In this document: positions 1 to 9,170 of the stretch, piece by piece
Position numbering within the stretch: position 1 is the first letter of the stretch
Layout: every line of letters begins with the position of its first letter
Origin: an uncultured Anaerolineales bacterium
GTDB lineage: Bacteria > Chloroflexota > Anaerolineae > CG2-30-64-16
Assembly (NCBI GenBank): GCA_964614645.1
Contig: CAZTMA010000001.1
Span: 1,295 to 65,294 of the forward strand
Direction: 5' to 3'
Length of the DNA: 64,000 nt
Made by a program: the position numbers and the translations under genes
Notes under the pieces: model-generated
Told to the model about the DNA's origin: nothing
What the model saw: only the letters and a program-made list of their open reading frames with translations
Database searches by the model: none

Positions 1-2
1 TC

Positions 3-80
3 GGAACCCTCGCCTTGCTCGTCCTCCTGGCCCTCGCGAGCTGGCTGCGCCGGCGCTCCATTGACATTCCGAGAACGTGA
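3..80 (+). CDS. 3' end (partial) of an upstream gene, hydrophobic C-terminal tail (...GTLALLVLLALASWLRRRSIDIPRT*)
   Basis: Frame 3 is open from the window edge to TGA at 78-80. The residues look like a transmembrane helix. No start codon lies inside the window. Confidence 0.3.
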   Translation, partial: GTLALLVLLALASWLRRRSIDIPRT

Positions 81-129
81 GGCCCACTCGGGCATTCGTA
101 CGGACGGACCGGTGTGTCCGCACCCACAG

Positions 130-191
130 CAAACTTGACCGCAGTCAACCAGTATTGCTTATTATATTCTTGATATGAGAAAATATATGTC
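130..191 (+). repeat. Copy 1 of a ~62-bp AT-rich direct repeat upstream of surE, containing a TTGAC-cgca-GTCAA dyad and a TTGACC..TTATTA promoter-like pattern
   Basis: Near-identical to 417-477, read directly in the sequence. It is AT-rich within a GC-rich genome. Confidence 0.6.
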
Positions 192-416
192 AAATTCTGG
201 TCGCGCGACTCGTTGAGCCTCACATCTGCCCGCCGGAGGGTCTGTAGGGGCCGACTCAGACCTTCTTGGCAAGGGTATCCCTGGGGCCGGACCCGTGAGT
301 CCGCCTGCATAGGCGGTGGGGCCTCGCCCGCCAACCGTGGCTTCGGTGGGGGCGGACCTGCGTGTCCGCCCTTCGCAGAGATTGCCAGAGGCGGGCTCAC
401 AGGTCCGCCCTTGGGA

Positions 417-477
417 CAAACCTGACCGCAGTCAACCAGTATTGCATATTACGTTTTGCAATGAGGAAATATATGTC
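417..477 (+). promoter_or_regulatory. Copy 2 of the 62-bp repeat, immediately upstream of the surE start; probable promoter/operator cassette
   Basis: Same sequence as 130-191 with about 8 substitutions. It ends 11 nt before the surE ATG at 489. Confidence 0.5.
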
Positions 478-488
478 GGAGTCCAGCC

Positions 489-1325
489 ATGCAACCTGTT
501 GAATTGACCGGTGAGCGTCCGTTGATCCTGCTGACGAACGACGACGGCATCCTGTCGCCCGGCCTGCACGCGGCTGCGGAAGCCCTCTGTGAGTTGGGCG
601 AGCTCCTGATCGTCGCGCCCGCTGAGCAACAGACCGGCATGGGCCGGGCCATGCCCGCGCTCGGCGGCGACGCGCAGTTGGGGACGAGCCGCCTTACGCT
701 CACCTGCCAGGACGTACAGGTCTACACGATCACCGCGTCGCCGGCGCAGGCCGTGCTGTTCGGCGTCCTGGCCGTTGCGTCGCGGCGGCCTGCGCTTGTG
801 GTCTCCGGCATCAACCACGGAGAGAACCTCGGCACCACTGTAACTGCCTCCGGCACGGTCGGCGCGGCGCTGATGGCCGCGGAACTGGGCATCCCCGGGC
901 TGGCCGTCTCCTTCGAGACGGATGCGGCCTACCACTTTGGCTATGCGCACGAACTGGATTGGATGGCCCCGGCATACTTCACCCGCCTGTTCGCGCGTGC
1001 GATGCTCGGTGCGCAACTTCCGTTCGACGTGGACGTAGTTAAGGTAGATGTGCCGGGTGAGGCCACGAAGGAGACCCCGTGGCGAATCACGCGCCAGTCG
1101 AAGCAGCCCTACTACGAATCGCTTGCGCCGGAACAACGTTTCGGGGTAGGGCCGCTGCGCACGCTGAATTACCGCGTCATCATCAACTGGGACACGCTGG
1201 AGCCGGACTCGGACATTTCAGTTTTCGCGCGTGACCGCCAGGTGTCGGTTACGCCATTGAGCCATGACCTCACGGCGCGGACGGATTTGGCCGCGCTGGA
1301 GGGGTTATTGAAGGGGCAACCATGA
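489..1325 (+). CDS. surE: 5'/3'-nucleotidase SurE
   Basis: LLTNDDGI...SPGL N-terminal SurE signature, about 278 aa, ATG at 489. Confidence 0.9.
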   Translation: MQPVELTGERPLILLTNDDGILSPGLHAAAEALCELGELLIVAPAEQQTGMGRAMPALGGDAQLGTSRLTLTCQDVQVYTITASPAQAVLFGVLAVASRRPALVVSGINHGENLGTTVTASGTVGAALMAAELGIPGLAVSFETDAAYHFGYAHELDWMAPAYFTRLFARAMLGAQLPFDVDVVKVDVPGEATKETPWRITRQSKQPYYESLAPEQRFGVGPLRTLNYRVIINWDTLEPDSDISVFARDRQVSVTPLSHDLTARTDLAALEGLLKGQP

Positions 1326-2308
1326 TTCGCACCGAAGCATTGAGCAAGCATTTCCAGGCGGATGGCCGCACGATCAAGGCGGTGGATGGTCTGGACCTCC
1401 AGGTGGCCGAGGGGGAAGTGTTCGGCTTCTTGGGGCCGAACGGCGCGGGCAAGACGACTACCGTCCGCCTCCTCACCTGCCTGATCGGTCCCAGCGCGGG
1501 CCGTGCGTGGGTCAACGGGCAGGTGGTAGGCCAGGCCGACCGGCGAATCCGGCAGCAGGTCGGCATTCTCACTGAGTCGCCCGGCCTGTATGAGCGGCTG
1601 AGCGCGCGCTACAACCTCACGATCTTCGCAGAGCTTTACGGCGTCCGGGATGTGCGCGGGCAGGTCGAGAAGTACCTGCGGCTGCTGGACCTGTGGGATC
1701 GTCGTGACACCGAGGCAGGCACGTTCTCGAAGGGCATGAAGCAGAAGCTCGCGATTGCGCGCGCCCTGCTGCATGAGCCGCCGGTCGTGTTCCTCGACGA
1801 GCCGACGGCCGCGTTGGACCCGGAGGCAGCCAAGACCGTCCGTGACTTCGTCGAGACCCTCCGCGGCCAAGGCCGCACCATCTTCCTTTGCACGCACAAC
1901 CTGGACGAGGCGGAGCGGCTGTGTGACCGCATCGGCGTGTTCAAGCAGCACCTCATCGCCGTGGATACGCCGGACGCGCTGCGGCGGCAATTGTTCGGCC
2001 GCCAGACGGTCGTGCACCTGGCCCCGCATGCCGACCCGGGGGCGTTGCAGCGGTGGGCGGGCGCGGTTGCGGGGCTGCCCGATGTGCAACATGTGGAGCC
2101 CCTGCCCGCGGCGGCCGGTGACCCCGAACGCACTGACCGCCTCGTCATCAGTCTGGCCGACCCGCCGGCGCAGAACCCGGCCATCGTGCGCGAGCTGGTC
2201 ACACAGGGTGCGGAGGTGCAGTTTGTCAATGAGGTCAAGCACTCGTTGGAGGATGTCTATCTGAGCCTGATCCACAACGGTGGGACCGGTGCGGGAGGTG
2301 CAGCATGA
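1322..2308 (+). CDS. ABC transporter ATP-binding protein (ABC-2 exporter type) with a C-terminal extension
   Basis: Walker A GPNGAGKTT, signature FSKGMKQKLAIARAL, Walker B VVFLDEPT. ATGA overlap with the surE stop. Confidence 0.9.
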   Translation: MIRTEALSKHFQADGRTIKAVDGLDLQVAEGEVFGFLGPNGAGKTTTVRLLTCLIGPSAGRAWVNGQVVGQADRRIRQQVGILTESPGLYERLSARYNLTIFAELYGVRDVRGQVEKYLRLLDLWDRRDTEAGTFSKGMKQKLAIARALLHEPPVVFLDEPTAALDPEAAKTVRDFVETLRGQGRTIFLCTHNLDEAERLCDRIGVFKQHLIAVDTPDALRRQLFGRQTVVHLAPHADPGALQRWAGAVAGLPDVQHVEPLPAAAGDPERTDRLVISLADPPAQNPAIVRELVTQGAEVQFVNEVKHSLEDVYLSLIHNGGTGAGGAA

Positions 2309-3096
2309 AGGCTGTGCGCACGATTATCCTGAAGGAATGGGCCGATATCCGGCGCAACAAGCTGGTGTTCTCGGTGGTCATCGGCGTGCCGCTGCTGATG
2401 GTGCTGATTCCCGTCGTCATGCTGTTCATCATGAGCCGCGCGCCGGTGGACTCGCGCGACCTGGAGGAGTTGAGCCGCATGTTGCAGAACTCGCTCTTCG
2501 CGGGCATGGACGGCCGCGAGGCGCTCCAGGCCGCGATGGCGAGCAATTTCATGGTCCTGTTCCTCATGATGCCGCTGATGGTGCCGGTGACCATTGCCGC
2601 GTACAGCATCGTAGGCGAGAAGATTACGCGTTCGCTGGAGCCACTGCTCGCGACCCCCGTCTCGACCGCCCAACTGCTGCTCGGCAAGGGGCTGGCTGCG
2701 GCGCTGCCGGGCATCGTGATGACGTGGTTCAGCTACGCGGTCTTCCTGGTCTTTGCCCGGCTCTTTGCCGTCAGCGACCGGGTGTTCAGCGTCTTCATCA
2801 ACCCGATGTGGCTGATTGCCATGTTCGTGCTGTCGCCGCTTCTGACCGTGATGGCCGTGAACGTGGGCATCATCGTCAGCAGCCGCACTTCGGACCCGCG
2901 CGCCGCCGAGCAGCTCGGCAGCCTCATCATCCTGCCGCTGATGGTGTTGTTCATCGGCGTGATGTCCGGCTTCATCATGCTCAATGCCACAACCTTCTGG
3001 CTGAGCTCGCTGATTGTCCTGGTGCTGGACGCGGGCCTGCTGTATCTCGGCGTGACGCTGTTCCAGCGGGAGACCATCCTGACGCGCTGGAAGTAG
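2305..3096 (+). CDS. ABC-2 family transporter permease
   Basis: Six predicted TM helices and a 4-nt overlap with the upstream ATPase. Typical ABC-2 operon layout. Confidence 0.8.
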   Translation: MKAVRTIILKEWADIRRNKLVFSVVIGVPLLMVLIPVVMLFIMSRAPVDSRDLEELSRMLQNSLFAGMDGREALQAAMASNFMVLFLMMPLMVPVTIAAYSIVGEKITRSLEPLLATPVSTAQLLLGKGLAAALPGIVMTWFSYAVFLVFARLFAVSDRVFSVFINPMWLIAMFVLSPLLTVMAVNVGIIVSSRTSDPRAAEQLGSLIILPLMVLFIGVMSGFIMLNATTFWLSSLIVLVLDAGLLYLGVTLFQRETILTRWK

Positions 3097-3291
3097 TCTT
3101 GCAGCTCCATCTATCGGACGGGCGGAGAGACCTCTCTCCGCCCGTCCGTCTGTCCGCACGCTTGTAGCACGGGTTGTCACCCCGTCTTATGTCGGGCCCG
3201 TCTCCCTCGCGCGGTTGCCGCGCGCACCATTTTGGCGTACACTATCCTCCGTGCTCATCTTGCAGAACCCATGATTATCAGACGGGAGTCA

Positions 3292-5474
3292 TGCCCATGA
3301 CTGTTCGGCGCTCACTCTATGCTGCAGCCTTCGCGGGGCTGCTGCTCTTCCTGGCCGGTCTGCTGCTGGCCGTGCGCAGCAGCGCCGGGGGCTGGACCGG
3401 CGGGATCGCCCTGGCAGATACGCGGGCCGCATTCACAGGCATCATTCCCTGGCTGGCCTTGGCGGTTGTCGGGTTGGTTGTCTTCGGCGTCGCCTGGGGC
3501 ATGACGAACCGCGGCGCGCGGCCGCTGACGCTGGCAGGTGCGGCCGAACGCGGGCAGCCCGTGCGCAAGGCGACCCTGTATGCCGGCCAACTCTTGCTGC
3601 TGGCCGCAGGCGTGGCGTTGACGGTGCTGGCGCTGCGCGGCGCAGCCCTGCAATTCTTCGCAGGGCTGGGCTTGGGCCCCGATGAGGCGCTGCCCGGCTG
3701 GCCCGTCGTGCAGGTGGTGGCCGGCCTCCTGAGCCTGCTAGCCTGGGGCTATCTGCGCTATGAGACGCTACGCGACGACGACCTGGGCCGCGAGCAGGGG
3801 CTGGCCGTCGGCTGGCGGCGCGCGTACACCTATCTCGCCGCACTCGGGGGATTGGCCCTCAGCGTGGGCGGCATGGGCGAGTTCATCCGGTCCGTAATTG
3901 CCCTGGGCATCCAGCCGCTTGCGCCGGATGCACCGTGGCGCGTGCCGATGGCCGGGGCGGTGGCCGCGCTGGTGGTGGGCGTGCCGCTGGCTGCGATGGC
4001 CTGGCGCTGGTCGACCCGCAGCGCCGCAGCGCGCCCTGCCCCGGAGATGAACGCCCTGAGCCGCGTGCTCCTTCGTCACGGTGCGCTGCTGGCCGCCGCG
4101 CTCGTGACGCTCCTGGCCCTCGGCTACCTCATCCATGACGTCATCCTGCTCATCCTGGGTCAGCGCGCCGGCCAGTGGTGGGGCTATGCCCTTGCCTACT
4201 TCCCGGCCATGCTGGTGCTCTGGCTGACCTTCAGCAGCGGCATCCAGGGCGACCGGGCGCGCGGCGGCGAAAGCCCGCGCACGGCGCGTGTCCGCCGGAT
4301 TGTGCGGTACACGATCACTGCACTGGCGCTGGCCGCATTCTGGCTCGGGCTGACCGAAGTCGCGCGACTTGTGCTGCAGATGGCGCTCGCACGGCAGGCG
4401 GGCAATGTGGAGCTGGATGCGGTCTGGCGGGGGCGCTTTGCCCTCGCGACCGCGCTGGTCTTGGTCGGTGCGCCGGGCTGGTGGGGCCACTGGTGGCCGC
4501 TCCATGTGCGCGCCCGGCTCAACACGCCTGGCGGCCACAACGAGCGCGCCTCGGGCATTCGCCGCGTTTATCTGTTTGCGGTGGTGCTCATCGGCGCGGC
4601 GGTGCTGGTGTTTTCCCTCGGGTTCGGCGTCTTCCTGGGCATGAATCTCGACGGCGTTACCACCGTGGGCGGCGTGCTGGGCGCACTGGCAGGCGCGATT
4701 GCCGGTGCGGTCATCGCCCTGCTCTGGGCCGCGGCACATGCGCTGGTCCTGCGGGGCGACGAGCGGCTTCTGGCGCGTGACACAGCGGAGGCCGAGCGCC
4801 AGCGGGCGTACAGGCAGCCTGTTGTCTCCGCGGCGGCCGCGGCTCCGGTCGTGGCGGAGATGTCTGCATCGGCGACGGTTGAGCGCGTCTCGTCATTCGA
4901 GTCCGCACCACGTTCTGCCGGCGCACCTCTGCGCTATCGGCGGGAAGACTTGCCTTCCCTGCCGGAGTCGCCCGCGGACTTCCCCGCGGCTGTTGGACAG
5001 GTCGCTGCGAGCTCAGCCGCTGCCACCGCCGGAGAGCCAGCACAGGCTGTGGCGGTGGTGGATGGGGAGAACGGCGTGGCAGGCGCCGCCCTCGTGGCCG
5101 GGCTGCGCCGCGCGCTGCCTGACCTGGTCATCTGGCCGGTCGGCCTGAATGCCGCAGCTCAGGTGGAGATGCTGGCCGCGCTGGGCGATGGCACACCCCC
5201 TGCCGTGCCTGCCACTGCACTGGAGTCCGTTTCGCTCATTCTCGGCCCCGCCGATATCGTGACGCCCGGCGGCATGGACGGCGAAGTGACCGACGAGGTG
5301 TTCGCGGCGATCAGCGCCAGCCCGGCGACGGTGTTCCTGCTGCCGCCGCGCAATGCGCGGCTCCAGTGGATTGCCGCGCCCGAGTGGTCGCTGGCGCAGT
5401 GGGTGGACCATGCGGTTCTAGAGGTGCAACTGGCATTGGGCATCCTGCCGCCTGAGCCGGCGCCCGAGATTTGA
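3292..5474 (+). CDS. Large polytopic membrane protein (about 12 TM helices) with an Ala-rich cytoplasmic C-terminal region; function unknown
   Basis: Long ORF with repeated hydrophobic segments. Start chosen at the ATG pair at 3292/3298, behind a GGGAG ribosome-binding site. The in-frame upstream stretch 3174-3291 lacks TM character. Confidence 0.55.
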
Positions 5475-5534
5475 AAGCGACCACGGAATAAACGGACCAC
5501 GCGGAAGAACTATGCTTGCCTTCCGGAGGCGCGA

Positions 5535-6590
5535 GTGCATACGCTGACTGTATTCCAGGGGCGGTCATTCAGGCACAACCTGCCGCTGACCGACATCAGC
5601 GACTTGCTCGCTGCGCCCAATACCATCGTCTGGCTGGATATCCAGAATCCCACGGACGTTGATGTGGCGCTGCTGGCGGATGAGTTCGGCTTCCACCCGC
5701 TGGCCATCGAGGATGCCGCCCGCTCGCATGAGCGCCCGAAGGTGGACGCTTACCCGTCGGCGCAGTATCTCGAAGAAGACGCGCCGGAGGCTGAAGCAGT
5801 CCCAGTGTCAGTTGAGGAACCGGACGAGGCTATGCCGGCATCGGCCGGTTACTACTTTGTCGTGTTCTACGAGGCCGCGTTCGACCCCGCCGAGGACCGG
5901 ATCGTCACCGAGGCCATCAACCTGTTCATTGGGGCCAACTATCTCGTCACGGTTCACCAGGGCGACATCCGCCACGTCAAGGAGACACTGGCGCGCTGGC
6001 AGACGCCCAACAGCCCGCTGGGCAACAGCGTGGCCGCACTCGTCCACGCGCTGCTCGACTCGATCGTGGACGACTACTTCCCGTTGATGGATCGGGTGGC
6101 CGACCGGGTGGAGGATCTCGAGGATGCCATCTTCGTCCACTACGAGGAGGACTCTATCCAGACGATGTTCGGGCTGAAGCGCGACCTGTTGAGCCTGCGC
6201 CGCGTGGTTGCGCCGGAGCGCGATGTGCTGAACGTGCTGCTGCGCCGCGAGCTGCCCATCTTCCGCCAGGCCGATATAGCCTATCTGCAGGATGTCTACG
6301 ACCACTTGGTGCGCGTCACCGACAACATCGACACCTATCGTGACCTGCTCTCGAGCGCGTTGGATAGCTATCTGTCGCTGCAATCCAATAATTTGAACCA
6401 GGTTGTCAAGATATTAACTATTGCATCAATAATATTGATGGCGGATAGCCTGATCGCCGGCATCTACGGCATGAACTTCGCCCATATGCCCGAACTGCAA
6501 TGGCGAATCGGCCACGGCTTCGCCATCCTGGTGATGGTGGTCGTCACCGCCGGGTTGATTATCTACTTCAAGCGCAAGCGCTGGCTATAG
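5535..6590 (+). CDS. corA: Magnesium/cobalt transporter CorA
   Basis: C-terminal YGMNF motif (IAGIYGMNFAHMPEL) followed by two TM helices. Length about 350 aa. Confidence 0.9.
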   Translation: MHTLTVFQGRSFRHNLPLTDISDLLAAPNTIVWLDIQNPTDVDVALLADEFGFHPLAIEDAARSHERPKVDAYPSAQYLEEDAPEAEAVPVSVEEPDEAMPASAGYYFVVFYEAAFDPAEDRIVTEAINLFIGANYLVTVHQGDIRHVKETLARWQTPNSPLGNSVAALVHALLDSIVDDYFPLMDRVADRVEDLEDAIFVHYEEDSIQTMFGLKRDLLSLRRVVAPERDVLNVLLRRELPIFRQADIAYLQDVYDHLVRVTDNIDTYRDLLSSALDSYLSLQSNNLNQVVKILTIASIILMADSLIAGIYGMNFAHMPELQWRIGHGFAILVMVVVTAGLIIYFKRKRWL

Positions 6591-9001
6591 CAGTCAAATC
6601 CTCCGATTACCCCGCTCGCTGCCCCCACCAGTGCATCGCTCACCCCCGTCGGTCGAAAGGCAAACCGCACGAAAAGCGGGTCGTGATCGGAGCTGCGCAG
6701 GCTCGTCGTGTCGGGCGCCAGCTTCTCGGGGAAATCCGCGTTGATGTGCACCGGTCCGCCTGCGAGATAGTAGGCGTCAAGGCCGGTCGTGGTAACAAAG
6801 TGATCCAGCACCTCGGCACGCCCTTCATAAATGTAAGTATAGCGACCTGCGGGTGAGACATAACGCGCGAAAAGGTTGGCGTAACCTGCGAATGGCGCCA
6901 GCGTGTCGGACGCCAGCAGGTCGTTGAAATCGCCCAGCGCAACCGCGTGCGGCCCGGCATCCGGCGCGCGCAGCAGCTCCGCAACAAACGCCGCCTGCAG
7001 GACGCGGCGCGGAGCATTGTCGGCCTCGTCCCCCCGCTTGGACTTGAAGTGGTTGACGATCACGCGGACTTCGAGCGCCCGGTCGCCGGCCGCATTGCGC
7101 ACGACCAGGTCGGCCACGTAGGGCGGCCGGTCGAACAGCGGATAGGTGCCCTCGGCGCAGGGATTCGTCGTCGCACGGGGTCCGCGTGCGGCAGCATAAT
7201 TCACCCCGTAGTCGGTCGCGGTGCAGGTCTGCGCCGGCGCGCTCCGCCGCAACTCCACGCGTCTGGCATCATAGAGCAGGCCCACCGTGATATCACGGAC
7301 ATCCGCGCTCTCATAATAGTCATAACGGTAGCGTGGCCCCGCGGCCTCCGCCAGCGCGGCCCAGACTGCATCCTTCCCCTCGACTTCCTGCAGCCCTACG
7401 ACCGTGCAGCCCTGCAGGTTCTGCAGGATGGCATTCGCCCGCTTGGCCAGTTGCACGCGGAACTCGGCGGCATTCGCCGGCGACCAGTCGCCCACATCGC
7501 CGTCGCCATCGTCCACTGCGTCGAACAGGTCCAGCACGTTGAACGAGCAGATGGCGAACTCGTCCGGGCCGATGACGCGCTCCATAGGGACGGGCTCAGG
7601 CCGATCCGTCACGGTCAACCGCGCCGGGTCATCCACCAGCAGGACGTACCGGCCGAACTGGTAGGCCAGGATGCCGGTCAGGTCGGTCGCCGCAATCAGG
7701 TCCGCTGTCCCGGCCAGGGGCAGGTCCACGCCCAGCCCGCCCGACAATGCAATGCTGCCGCGACCTTCCGGCAGGAGGGGCGCCTGCTCAGGTGCCGCGG
7801 ACTCCGTGAAGACGCGTAGGCCGTAGTGCGGGCTGCTCCGGTCCACCAGGACAATCTCGGGGTCTCCGGCCGGATAGCGGGACGCGTAGCGGTGCGTCGG
7901 GCCGATGACTGATCCGTCGAAGCTCAGGCTGACCCGCATTCCCTCGAACCGTTCGTAGACCGCGTCCGGGTCAATGGTCGGGTCGCCCGGCGGGGGGATC
8001 GGGCCGGGTGCGGGCAGCGGGCAGCGGCCCGTCATCCGGTATGAGGCAGTCGTATCGTCGGACAGGCCGACAATCTCCGTCTGGCCGTAGAACTCCTGCA
8101 CGCGGAAGTCGACCAACTCGACCAGCGTGCCCGGCGCCAGGCCGCGCGGGTTTTGCCAGGAAGTATAGCGGAAGACGAAGATGCCGTCGGAGGTGGCCGG
8201 GTTCAGATCCGGCGCGGGGTCCTGCAGGAAAAAGCCATCTGCGGTCACGCCGGTCACGCAGCCGGTGAGCCGCCCGAAGGTCGTTTCGTCGTCAAAGGGA
8301 GTAGTGGCTGCAGGGCCCTGTAGCTGCGCAATCGTCACCGCGGGACTGGCCGCAACGCTGCACGCGGCGGGGCGGATGTCCGCCTGGCTGCGCGGCCACA
8401 CCTGCGCGCCATCGTAATCCGCGCTCAGGCCGCTGACGGTGGCCGGGCAGCCGTTCTGCAGGCCCGTGATGGACAGCCCCAGCCGCTCGGTGAGGTAGAT
8501 GAGCGCGCCGCCGACGCGGAAACGCCGCTCGCTGAGCCGCGAGACCGGCCCGGTGAGTTGCACGAGGCGGCCTTCGGTGGCCTCGCCCACCTGGCCGGGC
8601 TGCACGACCTGGGGAGCAGGGGGAGTTGCGCCCGTTCCGAGCCGGATGACACGCGCCGGGCTGTCCGGCAGGATCTCGCGCAGCCCGTGATGCTCCGCGA
8701 GCCGGCCGCTGATGCAGACGGTATCTCCCGCGGCCAGCGCCTGCCCGATGCCACGGCCGGCGTAGACGTAGATTCCGCCGCTCGCATCCTGCAGGGCGAA
8801 CGACTGTCCGTCGGTGAACACCCCGGTGGCTACGCTGACCACGCCCTGGACGGTCACCTCCGTGTCGAGAGGCCGGATGCGCGCCTCCGCAACCGGTATG
8901 GCCCCGGCGCAGGTGGCCTGGGCGTCTGCGGCCGGCTCGGCCGGCAGCATCAGCCATAAGGCGATGAGGAAGACTGCGATGACGCGCGGGCGGTGGGACA
9001 T
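6563..9001 (-). CDS. Secreted extracellular nuclease, ExeM/NucH-like, endonuclease/exonuclease/phosphatase (EEP) family
   Basis: C-terminal EEP motifs (...NHFKSK..GD.ND...SDHDP). N-terminal signal peptide MSHRPRVIAVFLIALWLMLPAEPAADA. Start set at the ATG at 9001 rather than the ORF-track 9058. Confidence 0.75.
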   Translation of the reverse strand: MSHRPRVIAVFLIALWLMLPAEPAADAQATCAGAIPVAEARIRPLDTEVTVQGVVSVATGVFTDGQSFALQDASGGIYVYAGRGIGQALAAGDTVCISGRLAEHHGLREILPDSPARVIRLGTGATPPAPQVVQPGQVGEATEGRLVQLTGPVSRLSERRFRVGGALIYLTERLGLSITGLQNGCPATVSGLSADYDGAQVWPRSQADIRPAACSVAASPAVTIAQLQGPAATTPFDDETTFGRLTGCVTGVTADGFFLQDPAPDLNPATSDGIFVFRYTSWQNPRGLAPGTLVELVDFRVQEFYGQTEIVGLSDDTTASYRMTGRCPLPAPGPIPPPGDPTIDPDAVYERFEGMRVSLSFDGSVIGPTHRYASRYPAGDPEIVLVDRSSPHYGLRVFTESAAPEQAPLLPEGRGSIALSGGLGVDLPLAGTADLIAATDLTGILAYQFGRYVLLVDDPARLTVTDRPEPVPMERVIGPDEFAICSFNVLDLFDAVDDGDGDVGDWSPANAAEFRVQLAKRANAILQNLQGCTVVGLQEVEGKDAVWAALAEAAGPRYRYDYYESADVRDITVGLLYDARRVELRRSAPAQTCTATDYGVNYAAARGPRATTNPCAEGTYPLFDRPPYVADLVVRNAAGDRALEVRVIVNHFKSKRGDEADNAPRRVLQAAFVAELLRAPDAGPHAVALGDFNDLLASDTLAPFAGYANLFARYVSPAGRYTYIYEGRAEVLDHFVTTTGLDAYYLAGGPVHINADFPEKLAPDTTSLRSSDHDPLFVRFAFRPTGVSDALVGAASGVIGGFDCYSQRLRLK

Positions 9002-9170
9002 GGCTGGCCTCACAGTAGGTTGCTTGTCCATGAAAACACAATGCCCGGAGAAGCGCAAACGCGGTCTACTTCCCTTTCTCTGTCTACCAGTTACCCTGTG
9101 CTATAATGCGAAGCACTGTCCGGCTGCCCATGCGTGGCTCGGCCGGTTCCTGCGATCTCCGGAGGCCCTG

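Noticed and set aside
213-425. 70-aa Gly/Arg-rich ORF between the two surE-upstream repeat copies
   Set aside because: Its composition is dictated by the GGAC/GTCC palindromes. No ribosome-binding site. It is more likely regulatory or ncRNA DNA.
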